Positions 46,212-48,550 of a DNA stretch of 48,550 bases are shown here, one piece after another (positions within the stretch are counted from its first letter, which is position 1; each line of letters begins with the position of its first letter). This stretch comes from an uncultured Sphaerotilus sp. (GTDB lineage: Bacteria; Pseudomonadota; Gammaproteobacteria; Burkholderiales; Burkholderiaceae_C). The stretch lies in NCBI GenBank assembly GCA_964422355.1, contig CAYRBG010000001.1, positions 1 through 48,550 of the forward strand. Reading direction: 5' to 3'. The position numbers and the translations under genes were made by a program. The notes beneath the pieces are model-generated. The model was given only the letters and a program-made list of their open reading frames with translations. It ran no database searches and was not told the DNA's origin.

Positions 46212-46465
46212 GCTGTCCTCCCGCACGGCCACGCGCCAGGAAACCCGGCGTTTCGGTCAGCCCAGCGGCAGGACTCAATGAGTCGGAGTTGATCGGCCGG
46301 TGCGAAGTCGTGCAGGGCCGCCCAGAAGTCGCCCGAGCTGGTCGACCAGACCACCGCGAACAGACCAGCGCCAGCGACGGCACCAGAGGGGCGCCACGGG
46401 CCGCGGATGACGTCCATCGTGAGGGACTGGCCACGGCGGGGGAGGAATCGGCGCGGCGCGGTCAT
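46208..46465 (-). CDS. Hypothetical protein (85 aa)
   Basis: GGAGG RBS; ATGA overlaps at both ends. Confidence 0.5.
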   Translation of the reverse strand: MTAPRRFLPRRGQSLTMDVIRGPWRPSGAVAGAGLFAVVWSTSSGDFWAALHDFAPADQLRLIESCRWADRNAGFPGAWPCGRTA

Positions 46466-46848
46466 ACCCGAACCTCCGGCGCCGGTCGGGCCATGACGTA
46501 CACCCCGATGCGGTGCAGCCGGCCGGACTCGGTGGGCACCTTGCGCCACGTGGTCACTATTGGATGGCCGGCCTTGCGCAGTTCCATCACCCGGGCTCGC
46601 GGGTCGTACAGGTCGAGGTAGCGCGAGCCTTCGAAGGTTGTCAGGTGCCCGAGGGTCTGCAGCGCTTCCAGTGCGCGCTCACGCTGGCGCTGGCCGTCGT
46701 TGCCGATCAGGCGATCACGAATGGTGTGGAGCGCGGCTATGCGCTCTGGCGAAGTCTGCAGCGCGTCGGCACAATGGGTACCGGTCTGCATCGGGGTCGT
46801 CGTGTGTCCAGCACGGCGGCCCTTTCCATTTCCGGAGGCGGTCTGCAC
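46462..46848 (-). CDS. Winged helix-turn-helix protein of phage type
   Basis: QRQRALEAL...LTTFEGSRYLDLYDPRARVMELRKAGHPI; start GTG 46848 or ATG 46791. Confidence 0.75.
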   Translation of the reverse strand: MQTASGNGKGRRAGHTTTPMQTGTHCADALQTSPERIAALHTIRDRLIGNDGQRQRERALEALQTLGHLTTFEGSRYLDLYDPRARVMELRKAGHPIVTTWRKVPTESGRLHRIGVYVMARPAPEVRV

Positions 46849-46859
46849 AGAACCCCCAG

Positions 46860-47117
46860 TCAGGCAGCGACCTGAACACCCAGCACGCGGCGCAGTTCGG
46901 CCACCGGCCAAGCCAAGCGTCCATTGACACGAATCGGACGTATGGGGCCGTTCTCCAGGCACGCCCAACCACGCAGGGTCTGCGGGCGGCGGTTCAGGTA
47001 GTAGGCAGCGGCACCCGTTTCAACCGTGGGGCGGTTGACCAGTTCCAGAGGCTGGAACTGCGGAGCAGAGGTGGTACCTTGGCGGGCCTCGGTGCCGCGA
47101 AGTGTCGTGATATGCAT
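46860..47117 (-). CDS. AlpA/Xis-like DNA-binding protein
   Basis: GGAG RBS; TGAAAYYLNRRPQTLRGWA...PIRVNGRLAWPVAEL. Confidence 0.8.
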   Translation of the reverse strand: MHITTLRGTEARQGTTSAPQFQPLELVNRPTVETGAAAYYLNRRPQTLRGWACLENGPIRPIRVNGRLAWPVAELRRVLGVQVAA

Positions 47118-47244
47118 CGAATGTTCTCCAAGCACCGCCGAATAGCGATGTATGGAGTCCCATTCTTTTCATACCGAGGAGACGTTCAAGGACGCGGCGC
47201 TTATCGGCGGTTGCCGGCGCCTCGCGGCGGTTGGCGGGCGTCTC

Positions 47245-48096
47245 TCAACTCACATTCGCGCGCCCGAGCCTCTTTCGCAGGGCTTCCAAGTTCAGCTCTC
47301 TAGGGGTGTCGTTCGAGTCAATCCACTGAACGCCACCATCTGTGACCCCAAGCAATGGGGGCGTAGGCACGGCCATCCGAGCCATAGCTTGGAGGCGTGC
47401 AAACACTTCTGACGCGCTTCCTGGATTGGCGCAACCAGCCTTCGCGGTGTCTATTGCCGGGGTCAACAAGTCTTCCCTACGGTGCCTTGTGGCCGTTCGG
47501 GTCGATTGCACTGGCAACTCACCACCAGCGCCAGCCGGTGCGGGAGCCACAGTTTCGGGCGCTGGCAAGGGCACGATGCTGGCGCTGGTTGTGGCCTTCT
47601 TTGAGGCTGCAACCTCAAACGCTTCCAAGTCACAGCCCTTGACCCGAAAGGCCTCTATATCCAAGACTTTCAATTCAACAGCCCAGTCATCAGGAAGGCC
47701 TGCATCAATCCACTCCTGCCCACCCTTGCCATAAATATGCGCTTCGCCGGTCTGGAGAAACTGCAAACAGTCATCTGGAGTGACAGGCATCATCTCCCCC
47801 TTGCGAAAACGTCTCCCCTCCACAAGAGAGAACATTCGCCATTTCGGGGCCTCTGCAACGTCATGGCCAAACAGCTTCAGCATTTCAAGGAGTTCCTCCG
47901 GCTGGGCGGTGGATTGGCCAACCGGCCCTGAATACGCTCCTTCTGGGATGCCCGCGAATATTGGAATTCGGCCCTTTGCGGCCTCCTCCAGCAAGGCAAG
48001 CGGCTGAAGACTCACCCCGCGCAGCCCGAGCCATTCGCAGGCGCGCTCAAGGGTCAAGCACATGGGGGCCTTGTTCTCGATGCTCATCCAACGCAC
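47245..48096 (-). CDS. Hypothetical protein (283 aa), position typical of a satellite regulator upstream of alpA
   Basis: Long ORF with atypical codons; N-term LTLERACEWL HTH-like. Confidence 0.65.
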   Translation of the reverse strand: MRWMSIENKAPMCLTLERACEWLGLRGVSLQPLALLEEAAKGRIPIFAGIPEGAYSGPVGQSTAQPEELLEMLKLFGHDVAEAPKWRMFSLVEGRRFRKGEMMPVTPDDCLQFLQTGEAHIYGKGGQEWIDAGLPDDWAVELKVLDIEAFRVKGCDLEAFEVAASKKATTSASIVPLPAPETVAPAPAGAGGELPVQSTRTATRHRREDLLTPAIDTAKAGCANPGSASEVFARLQAMARMAVPTPPLLGVTDGGVQWIDSNDTPRELNLEALRKRLGRANVS

Positions 48097-48193
48097 CCCT
48101 TCCGGTGCCCTTCAAAGGGTGCCCCAGGCAGCGGGTGAAGGTGTCCCGCTCTTCGGCCCGGTTTCGAGGCGGGCCTAGCTGGGGCGATTCGGT

Positions 48194-48529
48194 TCAGGCC
48201 GTTTCGTCGACCTCGGGTAGCCAAGACACCACCGCGTCCGGGAAGACGCCCTGAATCACCGCCACCACGTCCCGGGCACACGCCTCGGTGATGCCGCGAA
48301 TCAGGCCATGGGAACTCTTCATCAGCACCACGCTTCGGGCTGTCGCCTTGGCCTGCTTCCAGGCGGGCCACTGGGCTTGCATGGCGGGAATCAGCACCGA
48401 TTCGGCCGCCTGGGTGTATGCCTCCCAGTTGGCTCCGCCAGCCGGCTCATCCCAGAACACCGTCCAAGCACCGTCGCAGCACTCGGCCGTGACTGCGGGG
48501 GCCAAGCCTGGGAAGGTTGGAGTGGTCAA
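48194..48529 (-). CDS. Hypothetical protein (111 aa)
   Basis: GAGGG RBS before a TTG start; same strand as the element operon. Confidence 0.5.
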   Translation of the reverse strand: MTTPTFPGLAPAVTAECCDGAWTVFWDEPAGGANWEAYTQAAESVLIPAMQAQWPAWKQAKATARSVVLMKSSHGLIRGITEACARDVVAVIQGVFPDAVVSWLPEVDETA

Positions 48530-48550
48530 GCAGCACCCTCAGCAGGTTGC

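Larger units (their letters stand above)
32950..48550. mobile_element. Integrated phage-satellite-like element / genomic island at tRNA-Thr; runs off the right edge
   Basis: Abrupt switch after the tRNA to Xis/AlpA-like, Rep, DnaB, SSB, tape-measure and c4-RNA genes with less biased codons; integrase and second att not seen. Confidence 0.8.

Noticed and set aside
32950-48550. Complete prophage, gene transfer agent or tailocin
   Set aside because: No capsid, portal, TerL, tail tube/sheath, baseplate or lysis genes in the window
1-48550. CRISPR array, rRNA or IS transposase
   Set aside because: No regularly spaced repeats, rRNA-like sequence or transposase motifs seen

Overview
GC-rich betaproteobacterial (Burkholderiales-like) chromosomal window in two parts. 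(1) 1-32.95 kb is host DNA: a cobalamin-riboswitch-led B12 uptake/salvage operon on the minus strand (btuB, cobU, btuFCD, cobO, cbiB, cobD/cobC, cobQ, cobT, cobS, phosphatase); zapB-like/zapA/6S RNA/TauE; a degenerate GGDEF gene; a pseudo-REC-ANTAR-2xNarX-like sensor divergent from a sigma54-driven assimilatory nitrate operon (flavoprotein, nasA, narK-type MFS); an orphan BvgS/EvgS-like kinase; a PP2C-Ser/Thr kinase fusion; ybiB; VanZ; ldtD-mepK; tRNA-Thr(CGT). (2) From the tRNA to the window end lies an integrated phage-satellite-like element (integrase not in the window). It has AlpA/Xis-like and HTH genes, an O-like Rep with internal direct repeats, DnaB, SSB and an HGGxSTG protein. Its only virion genes here are a translationally coupled HK97-gp10-like gene and an intact tape-measure gene; no capsid, portal, large terminase or tail tube is seen. 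It also carries a complete c4/CI-type antisense RNA module with both target pairs visible, a stand-alone mini flagellar-rod protein, a lipoprotein and an orphan dusA 5' fragment. Product calls come from motif recognition by eye, not database searches; start codons are best guesses.
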